This document shows positions 11,139-23,357 of a DNA stretch of 64,000 nt, piece by piece. The position numbers and the translations under genes were made by a program. Position 1 is the stretch's first letter. The number at the start of each line of letters is the position of its first letter. The DNA lies in the NCBI RefSeq assembly GCF_963921235.1, contig NC_086098.1:8556001-8620000 (forward strand), in the 5' to 3' direction. The notes under the pieces were generated by a model, which ran no database searches, was not told where the DNA came from, and worked only from the letters and a program-made list of their open reading frames with translations. The stretch comes from Mobula hypostoma. Lineage: Eukaryota.

Positions 11139-11765
11139 TAGATTAGATTATGAAGACACGCAGTCCTCTTTTATTATCATTTAGTAACGCATGCATTAAG
11201 AAATGATGCAATATTTCCTCCGGTGTGATATCACAAAACACAGGACAGACCAAGACTGAAAAACTAACAAAACCACATAATTATAACATATAGTTATAAC
11301 AGTGCAACAATACCATAACTTGATGAAGAAGTCCATGAGCACAGTAAAAAGTTCAAAGTCTCTCAAATATCCCACATCTCACGCAGACGGGAGAAGGAAG
11401 AAAAACTCTCCCTGCCATGCCCGACCGCAGTCCCAACTCTGAGTCATCCGAAAACTTCGAGCCTCCGATCAGCTCTCCAACACTGAGTACTGAGCGCCAT
11501 CTCTGTCCGAACGATTCGACCTCAATCTCGGTCGCCAACAGCAGGCAAAGCCGGGGATTTTGAGGCCTTCCCTCCAGAAGATTCCCGACCGCGTAGTAAG
11601 AACAGCAGCAAACTGGCTTTTCAGAAATTCCTCCAGATGTTCCTCTGTGCTTTCATGTCTATCTCCATCAAATCAGAATTGTCCACGGCCCCTACTTAAC
11701 AGATATGATACCATTTTTCACCGGAGGGCTGCACACATGCGGCGCGCTGCTCTCTCTCCTCTTCC
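11139..11765 (-). mobile_element. Non-autonomous non-LTR element (~0.6 kb) with (CTAAT)n tail
   Basis: Homologous to 27435-28010 and 62284-62957. Confidence 0.8.
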
Positions 11766-12769
11766 CTGTGGTTAAATAGGTGGATTGCTGGGCGGGTGTG
11801 GTTCGTTGGACCATAAAGGCCTCTTCCATGCTTACTTCTAAATAAAATTTGCTTCTAATTTACTTGTGAGTTAGCATGAAGGTTAAAGATCCCACAGTAG
11901 TGGTCTAACTTTTATCGGTAGGGCAGGGATGAGCAGAACATACTGAAGACATGGTTTCTTGATCAAATGAACATGGAATAACTCCTTTTTTGCCATTTTT
12001 TCTTGGCATTTAAAGCCACTTAATTTTGAGGGAATGACCCCGATTTAAATGACAGGGATTCCAAATCTTGACAGGTAGCATCCCTGCCCTTCAAATAACA
12101 CTTAGTTTGACATTTCGTCATGATTAAAAGTTTTTCTTTCCCTCTCTGTGAGAATGGACAGGTAGCCATTATTCAAACCAATGCAGATGAAAATGTCACT
12201 AAAACCAAATGTTGGGAATTGCACAATTATCATATGAGTGAACAGATACTAAAAAAATCCAGAATTCGCAAGTTAACAACAATTGGTTAATGGCTGGAAT
12301 TAGCTCTCAGAAACACCCACAAAATGATTAACACTGGGTTGCCATTTCTCTCATATGGATGATGGCTAGTTTATGGGCATCACATGAACAAATTTCTAGA
12401 CTAAGATTTGTACTGCAAAACGATGTAGGAAACAAATTCCTCTGGGTGCATTTTGAAACAGAATTTATCTGAGCACATTTTCTGTGTAGGTTTAGATAGC
12501 TGTGAGTATATTAGACTCAGTAGAAGTACTGGTTCAGTACATTTCAACTCATAATCACATCATACTTCTTTCAGTGCCATCCCTGCCAACAATTGTTTGT
12601 CTCTATTATAGAGACAGTCTTTTTCCTCTAAAATCCGCTTTTTCATTTTGCTTTACGGAAAGCGATGTGCAATCGCCACGATATTTCAATCTCCTACCTT
12701 TCCGCAGGCCTGGGAGGGGAAAGAACCAGCTCCTTTCGCTCCTCTATTTCACTGTGGCATTGTACAGTG

Positions 12770-13050
12770 GATAGTCAAGACCCTGCAGAGGATAGTAAAA
12801 CCTGCCAAGAGAGTCACCAGGGTCTCCCTCCCCCAATTTGTGATATTTACTGGAGCGTTTCGGACAAACGGCCCGAGACACGGTTGAAGACTCCTACCAC
12901 CCATCCCACAATCCCTTTGACTCACTAACGTCAGGACGAGGACTGCCAGACTGGGTAACAGCTTCTTCCCCCGCCCCCAAGGTTGTGAGACTAATGAATA
13001 CCCTGCCACCACCAAGCCCTCATCACTAGGACAGCAAGCTGTTTACTGTC
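12770..13050 (+). mobile_element. Rex1/Babar 3' fragment, degenerate
   Basis: KTLQRIVK.AKRVT.VSLP; ED..HPSH; RTARLGNSFFP. Confidence 0.65.
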
Positions 13051-13114
13051 ATTTAAGATGAACTAATGGAATTTTCATTACTTGTCAGCTGAAGGAAAAT
13101 TATAGTAGTCTATA

Positions 13115-13535
13115 TTCATCATCATCATTATGTGCTGTGTCATATGATGTAGGCAATCATGTTCCTTCCACGATCATGATTGTTCTTGGCAAATTTTTCT
13201 ACAGTTTTAAGGTGCTTGGAAGTAGGTACAGAGGAGATGTCAGGGGTAAGTTTTTTACACAGAGAGTGCACGGAATGGGCTGCCGGCAACGGTGGTGGAG
13301 GTGGATATGATAGGGTCTTTTAAGAGACTCTTGGGTAAGTACATGGAGCTTAGAAAAATAGAGGGCTATGGGTAAGCATAGGTAATTTAAGCACATGTTC
13401 AGCACAGCATTGTGGGCCAAAGGGCCTGAATTGTGCTGTAGGTTTTCTATGTTTCTATTAAGTGGTTTGCCATTGCCTTCTTCTGGGCAGTACCTTTACA
13501 AGACAAGTGACCCCCAGTCAATATCAATACTCTTC
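13115..13535 (-). mobile_element. RTE-related short element interrupted by a + strand CR1 3' end (13200-13458)
   Basis: Matches the 1198-1560 family on both sides of the CR1 tail. Confidence 0.65.
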
Positions 13536-13842
13536 ATTAGCCATTAGCTTTCTTCACTGCCTGCTGTACCTACATGCTTACTTTCAGTGACTGATGTACA
13601 AGGACACCTAGATCTCGTTGTACTTCCCCTTTTCCTAACTTGACACCATTCAGATAGTAATCTGCCTTCCTGTTCTTGCTACCAAAGTGGATAACCTCAC
13701 ATTTATCCACATTAAACTGCATCTGCCATGCATCTGCCCACTCACCCAACCTGTCCAAGTCACCCTGCATTCCCATAACATCCTCCTCACATTTCACACT
13801 GCCACCCAGCTTTGTGTCATCTGTAAATTTGCTAATGTTACT
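13536..13842 (-). mobile_element. CR1 RT fragment
   Basis: [29 protein letters not shown]. Confidence 0.85.
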
Positions 13843-14072
13843 TCAAACAACCAGGATCCCCTCCCTACTCAAGAGCATCTGAGTTATAAAGAACAAGAAA
13901 GGTACTGGAAGAGTATGATCAAAATTGCCCACTACAGTATTGCATTGTCTGTCAAGCAAGTGGCCAAAGCATTCATCATCCAGTACTAAATTTACTGGGC
14001 TAATTGCTTTGTAGAGATGGCAGAAAAGGAGTCCTTTTCCTCTGAGTTCATTAATGGCATACTTGAGTCGTA

Positions 14073-14595
14073 GGGTCATAGAAAAGTACAGCACAGAAAC
14101 AAATCCTTTCGTCCATCTAGTCCCTGCAGAACCACTTAAAGTGTCTACTTCCTTCGACCTGAACTGGGACCATAGACCTCCAGACCCCTACCATCCATGT
14201 ACCTATCCAAACTTCTCTTAAATGATAAAATCAAGCCCGCATACGCCGCTTGTGCTGGCAGCTCGTTTCACACTTTCATGGCCCTCTGAGTGAAGAAGTT
14301 TCAAAGTTCAAAGTACAAAGTTCAAAGCTCAAATTAAAATTTATTATCAGAGTACATACATGTCACCACATACAACCCTGAGATTCTTTTTCTGTGGGCA
14401 TACTTAGCAAATCTATAGAACAGTAACTATAAACAGGATCTGTAAACTGAAAACTTCAGGAACTATAAACTGTAAACTAATTTCCTATCATGTTCCCCTT
14501 AAACTTTTCACCTTTCACCCTTAGCCCATGACCTCTGGTTGTTGTCCTACCCAACTTCAGTGGAAAAAGTCTGCCTGCATTTACCCTATCTATGG
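14073..14595 (-). mobile_element. CR1 3' end, interrupted by a (TTCAAAG)n-tailed LINE end at ~14300-14480
   Basis: Similar to CR1 3' ends at 2133 and 42256. Confidence 0.65.
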
Positions 14596-14597
14596 AT

Positions 14598-17350
14598 ATA
14601 GACAGCCGTCGATCCCAGGAGATCATGGGCTTGCACCTCTGGTGGACTGGGTTAAGCAGCGTCTGCTGTGACTGTGGAGTTCAATGAGGGACTGGCAGTC
14701 CTTGCCACACCGTACATCAGAACACTGAGGCAGCTCTGTCGTCTTGGGCAGCTTGGGTACAGAGCCTTTGGTGGGCTCACTTTTCCTCTGCTTGCTGTAT
14801 CAGACTGGTCTTGTATCTTACGAGATCCTTCTTCACCTCCTTCTTCCAGGCACACCCGTCTGAGGCGAGTGTCTGCCATGTGTTGGTGCTAATACCAAGG
14901 GCCTTGAGGCCGCGCTTGCAGGTATCCTTGTGGTGCAGCTGGGGTCTTTCTGTTGTCCACTCTCCAGACTCCAGCTCCCCAAGGAGAAGGTCCTTCAGTG
15001 TGCGCCATCTGCCATGCGCAAGATGTGGCCTAGCCAGCGCATACACCTCTGTTTGAGGAAAGTAAACACGGAGGTGGTGCCTGCTCTCTCGAGCACTGTG
15101 TTGTTGGTAACCTTGTCTTCCCAGGTGATACCAAGTATGCTTCTGAGGCAACGCATATGGAAAGCGTTGAGGCGCTGCTCTTGTTTTGTGCGCAGGGTCC
15201 AAGTTTCGCTGGCGTAGAGAAAAGTGCTCAGCACACATGCTGTGTACACCTGAACTTTGGTGTTCATGATGAGCCTGTTGTTGGCCCAGACTCTCTTAGT
15301 CAACCTTGAGAAGGTCGTGGCTGCTTTTCCAATGTGCTTGTTGATTTCGCTTTCGAGTGACTGGTTATCCAAGATCGCAGAGCCCAGGTCTGTGAGTTTG
15401 TGGATGACTTCCAGCTCATAGTCGACCATGTTAAAGGATGGGTTGTCGTCAAGGTCTTGCCCCATCTTCTGTGTCCTCTTCAGGCTGATAGTCAAGCTAA
15501 ACTCACGGCAGGCTTCCGCAAAGCGGGTCATGAGATCTTGTAGCTCATGCTGTGAGTGAGTTGCAACAGCGGCGTCATCGGCAAACAGGAAGTCTCTGAG
15601 GAGTCTTATCTGCACTCCGGTCCTCGCTCTGAGTCTGGACAGTCTGAAGAGGTTTCCCTCTGATCTTGAAATGAGATAAATGCTCTCAGTGGCCTTCCCA
15701 AAGGCAAATTTGCAGGACTGCAAAGAAGATGCCAGACAGTGTCAGAGCGAGGACACACCCCTGTTTTACCCCACTGAGAGCGTTAAAGGACTCTGATGTG
15801 GAGCCCTCGAACACTATGGTCCCCTTCGTGTCATGATGATACTGAGTAGGACTGGGGAGCAGCCAATCTTGGCAAGGATCTCAGAGAGGCCCTTTTTGCT
15901 CACAAGGTCAAACGCCTTAGTAATATTGATGAAGGCAATGTCGAGTGGTTTCTGCTGTTCTCTGCACTTTTCTTGCAGTTGCATAAGGGAGAAGATCATG
16001 TCGATGGTGGACCACAGCTCTGAACCCAAACTGAGACTCATGATGACCTTTTCTGTGAGCAGCTGGAGCCTCTTTGCTGGAGACTCGGGCAAAAAAGCTT
16101 TCCCACAGTGCTGAGAAGAGAGATGCTGCAATAGTTGTGACAGTCATTCCTGTTGCCCTTGTTCTTGTAGAGACTGACGATGTTTGCATCCTTCGTGCAT
16201 TGGGATATGCTACACTCTCTCCTCCAGCAGAGGATTTGCTGTAGCTCTGGGATGAGGGTGCCCTTGGCACATTTGAGAACCTCAGGAGGGATGCCATCTT
16301 TTCCTGGTGCTTTCCCAGAAGAAAGAGTTTCCAGTGCCTCACTAAGTTCCTCCAGTGTGGGGCCGACATCAAGTTCGATCATGGTGGGCAGAGGTTCAGT
16401 GGTGTTCAGAGTTTTTTTCTGTAACGACAGTCTCTCTGGCATACAGCTCTGAGTAATGTTCTACCCAGCATTACATCTGTTGTGTTCTGTCCTTGATGAC
16501 CTTGCCCATTGATGACTTTAGTGGGGCAGTCTTGCTCTGTAATGGACCAATGGCTTGCTTGATTCCATCGTACATTCCTCTGAAGTTGCCAGTGTCAGCA
16601 GCCTCCTGGATCTTGTAGCAGAGCTGGAGCCAGTAGTCATTGGCACACTACCTGGCAACCTGTCGAACTTTGTTCTGGGTAGACCAGAGCACTTGCAGTT
16701 TCTTCTCGCTAGGCGAGGATGTACGCTGTCAGTTCTTTTCTCTTCTCAATCAGAGGCAACAGCACTTGAAAGTGGGCCTCAAACCAGTCAGCAGACCTGA
16801 CTTTCTTTTTTCTGAAGGTGGATATCACAGTGTTGTAGATTGCGTCCCACAGGTTGTCCCATCTCTTGCTGACATTGGTGTCAGGAGAGCCAGGCAGAGC
16901 TTCCTCCAGGGCTTGCCCAAACTCGGCTATCTTTACAGGGCCACGAGTATTGCTGGTGTCAATGCGTGGCCTCCCCTCTCTTCTGGAACGATGAAGTCTC
17001 TTCAGCTGAAGTTTTACCTTGCTGCACACAAGGGAGTGGTCAGTGTCACAGTCTGCACTCTGGTAACTGCACGTCAGCTTGACAGTCAGAAGACTGCTGC
17101 ATCTTGTGAGGATGAGATCAAGTGGGTGGGTAAGGCCGCAAGGCAGCGGAAGTTTAAACATCAGAGTTTTCCTTCTCCTAAGTGGGCTACCATCTGAGAC
17201 TGACAAGACCCACCTGCCTGAAGCAGCTGGTTTTGAGGCCCCAGTGATCCACCTTTGCCCTTTCTCTTGTCAGTAGAAACTGTTCCGCTGGGCCTGGTAG
17301 CTAAGCCACACGTGAAGGCCAAGAGTTGGACTTGGTTGTCAGAGGCTGTT
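14598..17350 (-). mobile_element. RTE-clade LINE, decayed (EN end, RT, C-terminal Cys motif)
   Basis: SADCDTDHSLV, KAPGKDGIP.E, QEKCREQQ.PL.IAF...TKAFD.V, FLFADD, LYASETW, MRWLGH. Confidence 0.9.
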
Positions 17351-17369
17351 AGTTGACCTTTCCGGCCAA

Positions 17370-17470
17370 ATGCCCTAGTGAAGGGTCTCGGCCTGAAACG
17401 TTGACTGTTTGCTCTTTTCCATGGACGCTGACTAGCCTGCTGAGTTCCTCCAACATTTTGTGTGTGTTTC
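17370..17470 (+). mobile_element. Penelope-derived short repeat
   Basis: TGAAGGGTCTCGGCCTGAAACGTTGACTG...CCTGCTGAGTTCCTCCA. Confidence 0.7.
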
Positions 17471-17842
17471 ACAGCACAATACAATCTGTCTGACCCACGA
17501 TGTTGTGTCAACCTATATAAGCATCCTTCACAATCAATCTAACTCTTCCTTCCTACACAGCCCAAATCCCTCTATTTTTCTTGTCTGTATAAGTCTCTTA
17601 AATGTCTCTCTGTATCAGCCTTTACCACTAACACTGAGTGCTTGCCGGGCACTCACATTCTGAATAAAAGACATCTGACATTTCCCCTAAGCTTTCCTTC
17701 ACTCACCTTAAATAGATGTCCTTTGGTATTGGCCACTGCTGCCCTGGGAAAAGGTATGGGCTGTTCGCTCTAACTATGCCTCTCATTATTTATGCACGAG
17801 AAACTAGAGAAAAAAATAGTAGTGGTATGTTGTAGACTAGAT

Positions 17843-17921
17843 CAGGGGTTCCCAACCTTCTTAATGCCATGGAGCCTTACCATTAACCGAGGGGTCCATG
17901 GACATTAGGTTAGGAGCCTTG
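17843..17921. mobile_element. 79-bp hAT (Charlie-like) MITE
   Basis: CAGGGGTTCCCAACC TIR; 8-bp TSD GACTAGAT/GTCTAGAT (7/8). Confidence 0.8.
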
Positions 17922-18132
17922 GTCTAGATTCACAACCCACATCCAATTATCCCACTCAAAAATGTCTAACTTACTGTAAGGTCTACAAATCCCAAACTGT
18001 CCGCATTTAAATATCTGCTGCCTAAATATTCCCCAGGAGATAATCATGCTGGATTTTCAATGAACAAATTAATTGGAGCTGTGAATAACACAGACCATGA
18101 TATTTAGATCATACTATTTGAAAAGCACAATA

Positions 18133-18824
18133 CACTCAGTGACCACATCATCAGATGCCTCCTATACCGAGTAAATTGGCTACTGATTATATGTTCATGG
18201 TCTTCTGCTGCAGTAGCTCATCCACTTCAAGGTTTGATGTGTTGTGCATTCAGAGATGCTCTTCCGCACACCACGGTTGTAATAAGTGGTTATTTGAGTT
18301 ACTGTCACCTCCCTATCAGCTTGAACTAGTCTGGCCATTTTCCTCTGACCTCTCTCATTAACAAGACATTTTCACCCAAAGAACTACCCCTTACTGAATG
18401 ATTTTTTTTTGTTTTTTACACCATTCTCTGTAAACTCTAGAAACTGCTGTGTGTGAAATCTCAGAAGATAAGCAGTTTCTGAGATACTCAAATCACCCCA
18501 TCTGGCACCAATGATCATAGAAGTCAAGTCAAGTATTGTCATTTAACTATACACATGTATACTGTTAAATGAGACAATATTTCTCTGGACCAGGGTGTAA
18601 AACAAATGGTACACATAACACACACTTAAGAACAATAATTTAGGACCATTCCACAGTCAAAGTCATTTCCAGCCCATTCTGATGTTTGGTCTGAACAACA
18701 ATTGAGCCTCTTGACCATGTCTACATGCTTTTATGCATTGAGTTGCTGCCACCTGATTGGCTTCTTAGATATTTGCATTAACAAGCAGGTGTACAGGTGA
18801 GCCTAATAAAGTGGCCACTGAGAC
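18133..18824. mobile_element. Non-autonomous Tc1/mariner-type element with small LINE-tail insertion (~18519-18640)
   Basis: TA-CACTCAGTGACCAC ... CCTAATAAAGTGGCCACTGAG inverted termini. Confidence 0.7.
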
Positions 18825-19479
18825 TGTGTCCTGCCTTATATTCCCATACATTTCCATCTTTTTCAGAAAAGTGTCATTGTGAATCACAAGAGCCGAAAGT
18901 AGTATCATCAGATAATTAACAGCAGTTTTCCCAATCATGATCTTTAAAGGTCCCACAATGCAAAGTTATGTTCCCAATTAGTAAACTCGCAATCTTAACA
19001 AGTGCTGATCATTGCTGCTTAAAGAGCACTTTCGAAATATACGGTACATAGTCCTCTGATAATTTGCTTTGCTTTGCAACTGCCCTGAAACCTCTTTAGA
19101 AGGTATTTCCTCATTGCTGCTGTTGGTAACATTTGGCAACAAGTTCTGACCAATTAAGCATGTAGTTGTCAACTAGATGAGTGGAACGTATTGATGATTG
19201 GCATAAAATACAGAAAAAATGTTGCCAAAAAAGGCCAAACAAGATATGCTTTTTAAAGTTCAAGCCATCCACCAGTTTCATTAGATTAGGTCTTTTGTGC
19301 TTCCATTTAAAGTCTCCCATGCATTTCTATTTCCAATTTTAGCAATGAAGTACATTCTGCCAAGTCCTATGTTCTTTCGTTTCTTTCCCCCTGTGGAAAG
19401 GATTTGACTTTCTCTTCCACTTCTAGCCAATTCAGTTCACCGCAATACAAATTACAGTACCTTGAACAGATTCTGCAGA

Positions 19480-19705
19480 CATTGGAAATCCAGAGTAACA
19501 ACAAATAGCATGCCCACAACTTACTAACCCTATTCCGTAAAGTCTCTTTTAGGAATGTGGGAGGAAACCAGACCTCCCAGAGGAAACCCATGATGTCATG
19601 AAGAGAGAGTACATACTCCTTACAGACAACAGTGAGAATTAAACCCAGATCTACAGCTCGCTGGTGCTGTAAATCATTACAGTATCCACTACCATGCTGC
19701 CTGTT
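19480..19705 (-). mobile_element. V-SINE
   Basis: Reverse V-domain (TGTGGGAGGAAACC...GAGGAAACCCA...ACTCCTTACAGAC) and degenerate tRNA head. Confidence 0.7.
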
Positions 19706-19845
19706 GAGAAGTAAAACACTTTGCATTATTTTGTGAGCAAGATACTTACTCATCTTAGAAAGATGAGACAATTACCTCAGAACAACATTTGTATTAATAA
19801 TGTCAAAATATTTACATACTGTGCATTGATTTCATATTAAATATA

Positions 19846-21558
19846 CAGTGCCTATAAAAAGTATTCACTTCCCTTGGAAGTTTTTCATGTTTTATTGTTT
19901 CACAAAGGCTTTTTTGACACTGGTCAACAGAAAAGACTGTTTCATGTCAAAGTGTAAACAAATTTCTACAAATTAATCTAAATTTATTACAATTATTAAA
20001 CACAAAATAATTGATTGCATAATTACTCATCCCCTTCAAGTCAGTAATTAGTAAATGCACCTTTGGCAGCAACTACAGTCTTGAGTTTGTGTGGATAGGC
20101 CTCTATCAGCTTTGCACATCTGGACACTGCAATCTTTCCCTATTCTTCTTTATAAAAACTGCTCAAACTCTATCAAATTGCATGGGGATTGTGAGTGAAT
20201 AGCCCTTTTCAAGTCCAGCCACAAATTCTCAATTGGATTGAGTTCTGGACTCTGACTTGGCCACTCCAGGATATTAACTTTGTTGTTTGAAGCCACTCCT
20301 GTGTAGTTTTGGCTTTATGCTTGGGACCATTATCTTGCTGGAAAACAAATCTCCCAAGTTGTTATTCTCTTGCAGACTGCATCAGGTTTTCCTCCAGGAT
20401 TTCCCTGTATTTTGCTGCATTCATTTTACCCTCTACCTTCACAAGCCTTCCAAGGCCTGCTTCAGTGAAGCATCTCCACAGCATGATACAGCCACCACCA
20501 TGCTTCATGGTAGGTATGGTGTGTTTTCAATGATGTGCTTACGCCAAACATGGTGTTTAGTCTGATGGCCAAACAGCTCAATTTTGGTTTCATCAATCAT
20601 AGCACCTTTTTCCAGCTGACTTCAGAGTCTCCCACATGCCTTCTGGTAAATTCTAGCCAAGAATTCATATGAGTTTTTTCCAATGGTGGCTTTCTCTTTG
20701 TTAGTCTCCGTAAAGCTGCAACTGGTGAAGCACCTGGTCAACAGCTGCTGTATGCAATCTCTTCCATCTCAGCCACTGAAACTCCTCCAGAGTTGTCATA
20801 CTGTGGTGACCCACTTTCTAGCACACACGAACCGGCTCACGAAACAGCGCTCGCAGGCAGAGGGCCGGCCCCAAAATGGGAGCCAGGCTATCTTCACCAG
20901 CAGGGGGAAAATCCCGCGCACAAGAAGGGTCTGGGAATATGCATTCCCCACAGCAGTCCCGCCCAGGGAGGGCAGGAACGGGAAAGCTTTAAAGGAAGCC
21001 GCAAAGTTTGAATAAATCTCTTTTATCGCAACTCCAACTCACCGACTATGTGTCGTTATTCTAGCGCTGTGTGTAGCACACCGCTGCAATACGTCTCTTG
21101 GTGACCTCCCTCACTAGTTCCCTTCTTGCATGATCACTCAGTTTTTGAGTATGCCCTGCTCTCAACAGATTTACAGTTGTGCCATATTCTTTCCATTTCT
21201 TGATGATTGACTTAACTGCACTCCAAGGGGTATTCAGTGACCTGTAAATTTTTCTTGTATCGATCTCCTGACTTGTGCTTTTCAATAAACTTTTTGCAGT
21301 GTTGCTTGAAGTGTTCTTTTGTCTTTTGGTGCGTCATATTAAAGGGGATGAATACTTATGCAATCAATTATTTTGTGTTTTATATTTGTAATTAATTTAG
21401 ATCACTTTGTAGAGATCTGTTTTCACCTTGACGCAAATGAGTCTTTTTGTATCGATCAGTGTCAAAAAAGCCAAATTAAATCCACTGTGATTCAATGTTG
21501 TAATACAATAAAACATGTAAACTTCCGGGGCAGTGTTGAGTTTTTTTTATAGGCATGG
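19846..21558 (-). mobile_element. Tc1 DNA transposon with long TIRs, decayed transposase
   Basis: TA-CAGTGCCTATAAAAA...TTTTTATAGGCATGG-TA; ~200-bp inverted ends; HTH segment PWSAVKSIIKKWKEYGTT.NL.R.G...KLS. Confidence 0.9.
20802..21088 (+). mobile_element. Solo LTR (287 bp) inserted in the Tc1 transposase
   Basis: TGTGG...CTGCA termini; TSD ATAC (20798-20801, 21089-21092); AATAAA near 21011. Confidence 0.8.
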
Positions 21559-21571
21559 TAAATAGTATTAG

Positions 21572-21705
21572 ATACAAGAGATTTCTGCAGATGTTGGAAA
21601 TCTTGTGCAACACACACAAAATGCAGGAGGAACTCAGCAGGTCAGGCAGCATCCATGGAAATGAATAATTGATTGACATTTCAGGCCGAGACCATTCTGC
21701 AGGAC
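21572..21705 (-). mobile_element. Penelope-derived short repeat
   Basis: CTGCAGATGTTGGAAA...GGAGGAACTCAGCAGGTCAGGCAGCATC. Confidence 0.7.
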
Positions 21706-21767
21706 AACTACTTTGAGCTCATGTATCCTCAGATATAAGAATTCAAGACTTAAAGGTTTTTGATTTT

Positions 21768-23170
21768 AAGACCATAAGACCATAAGATATAGGAGCAGTA
21801 TTAAGCCATTTGGCCCATCGAGTCTGCTCCACCATTTAATATGGCTGATGCAATTTCTTCTCAGCCCAAATCTCCTGCCTTCTCCCCATATCCCTTCATG
21901 CCCTGATGAATCAAGAATCTATCAACCTCTGCCTTAAAGGTAATCAATGACTTGGCCTCCACAGCTGCCTGTGGCAATAAATACCACAGATTCGCCACTC
22001 TCTGGCTAAAGAGTTTCCTTTTCATCTCCATTCTTAAAGGACATTCTTAAAGTGGGCATGCAGGTACAGCAGGCGGTGAAAAAGGCGAACGGTATGCTGG
22101 CATTTATAGCGAGAGGATTCGAGTACAGGAGCAGGGAGGTACTACTGCAGTTGTACAAGGCCTTGGTGAGACCACACCTGGAGTATTGTGTGCAGTTTTG
22201 GTCCCCTAATCTGAGGAAAGACATCTTTGCCATAGAGGGAATACAAAGAAGGTTCACCAGATTGATTCCTGGGATGGCAGGTCTTTCATATGAAGAAAGA
22301 CTGGATGAACTGGGCTTGTACTCGTTGGAATTTAGAAGATTGAGGGGGGATCTGATTGAAACGTATAAGATCCTAAAGGGATTGGACAGGCTAGATGCAG
22401 GAAGATTGTTCCCGATGTTGGGGAGGTCTAGAACGAGGGGTCACAGTTTGAGGATAGAGGGGAAGCCTTTTAGGACCGAGGTTAGGAAAAACTTCTTCAC
22501 ACAGAGAGTGGTGAATCTGTGGAATTCTCTGCCACAGCAAACTGTTGAGGCCAGTTCATTAGCTATGTTTAAAAGGAAGTTAGATATGGCCCTTGTGGCT
22601 ACAGGGGTCAGGGGGTATGGAGGGAAGGCTGGGTTCTGAGTTGGATGATCAGCCATGATCATAATAAATGGCGGTGCAGGCTCGAAGGGCCGAATGGCCT
22701 ACTCCTGCACCTATTTTCTATGTTTCTATGTTTCTATGTTTCTATGACATCTCTCTATTCGGCGGCTGTGCCCTCTGGTCTTAGATTCTCCCACCGTAGG
22801 AAACATCCTTTCCATATCCACTCTACCAAGGCCTTTCAACATTCGAAAGGTTTCAATCAGGTCACCTCTCATTTTTCTGAATTCCAGTGAGTACAGCCCA
22901 CAGCCATAAAATGCTCCATATGTGATAAATGGTTTCAATCCTGGAATAATTTTCATGGACCTCCTTTGAACCCTCTCCAGTGTCAGCACATTATTTCTGA
23001 GATGAGGGGCTCAAAGCTCCAAGTGAAGCCTCACCAGTGCTTTATAAAGCATCAACATTACATCCTTGCTTTTATATTCTAGTCCTTTCAAAAAGAATAG
23101 TAACATCACATTGGCCTTCATCACCACTGACTCAACTTGCAAACTAACCTTTTGAGAAGCCTGCACAGGG
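21768..23170 (-). mobile_element. Older CR1 3' fragment interrupted at ~22045-22745
   Basis: (ACCATAAG)n tail; LERVQRR, LYSLEFRKMRGDLIE. Confidence 0.8.
22049..22745 (+). mobile_element. Young CR1 3' fragment
   Basis: Open ORF2 C-terminus 22052-22639; (TTCTATGT)n tail; near-identical to 43646-44340. Confidence 0.9.
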
Positions 23171-23357
23171 ACTCCTTCTTTCTCTCCCACTTTTTATTTT
23201 TTTTTTCCAAGACTCTCTTCTTCAAACTCCAGAAAGTCATCTTAGAATACCAGCTCTGTGTAACTTTTGAAGTCAATAAAATGCTATTTGGAGTTACTTA
23301 AGTTTGTCATATGTTTGGTAGGAGGACATGCGGAGCTTATCGACTTCATCAAATTCA

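Larger units (their letters stand above)
10204..11848 (+). mobile_element. V-SINE split into three pieces (10204-10237, 11051-11138, 11767-11848) by two insertions
   Basis: V-domain GTTTGTACGTTCTCCC...TTCCTC...TCCAAAGAC is continuous once the inserts are removed. Confidence 0.65.

Noticed and set aside
18826..19320. Unique sequence with short ORFs and a possible TTTCAG acceptor
   Set aside because: No recognisable homology; cannot be supported without transcript data.
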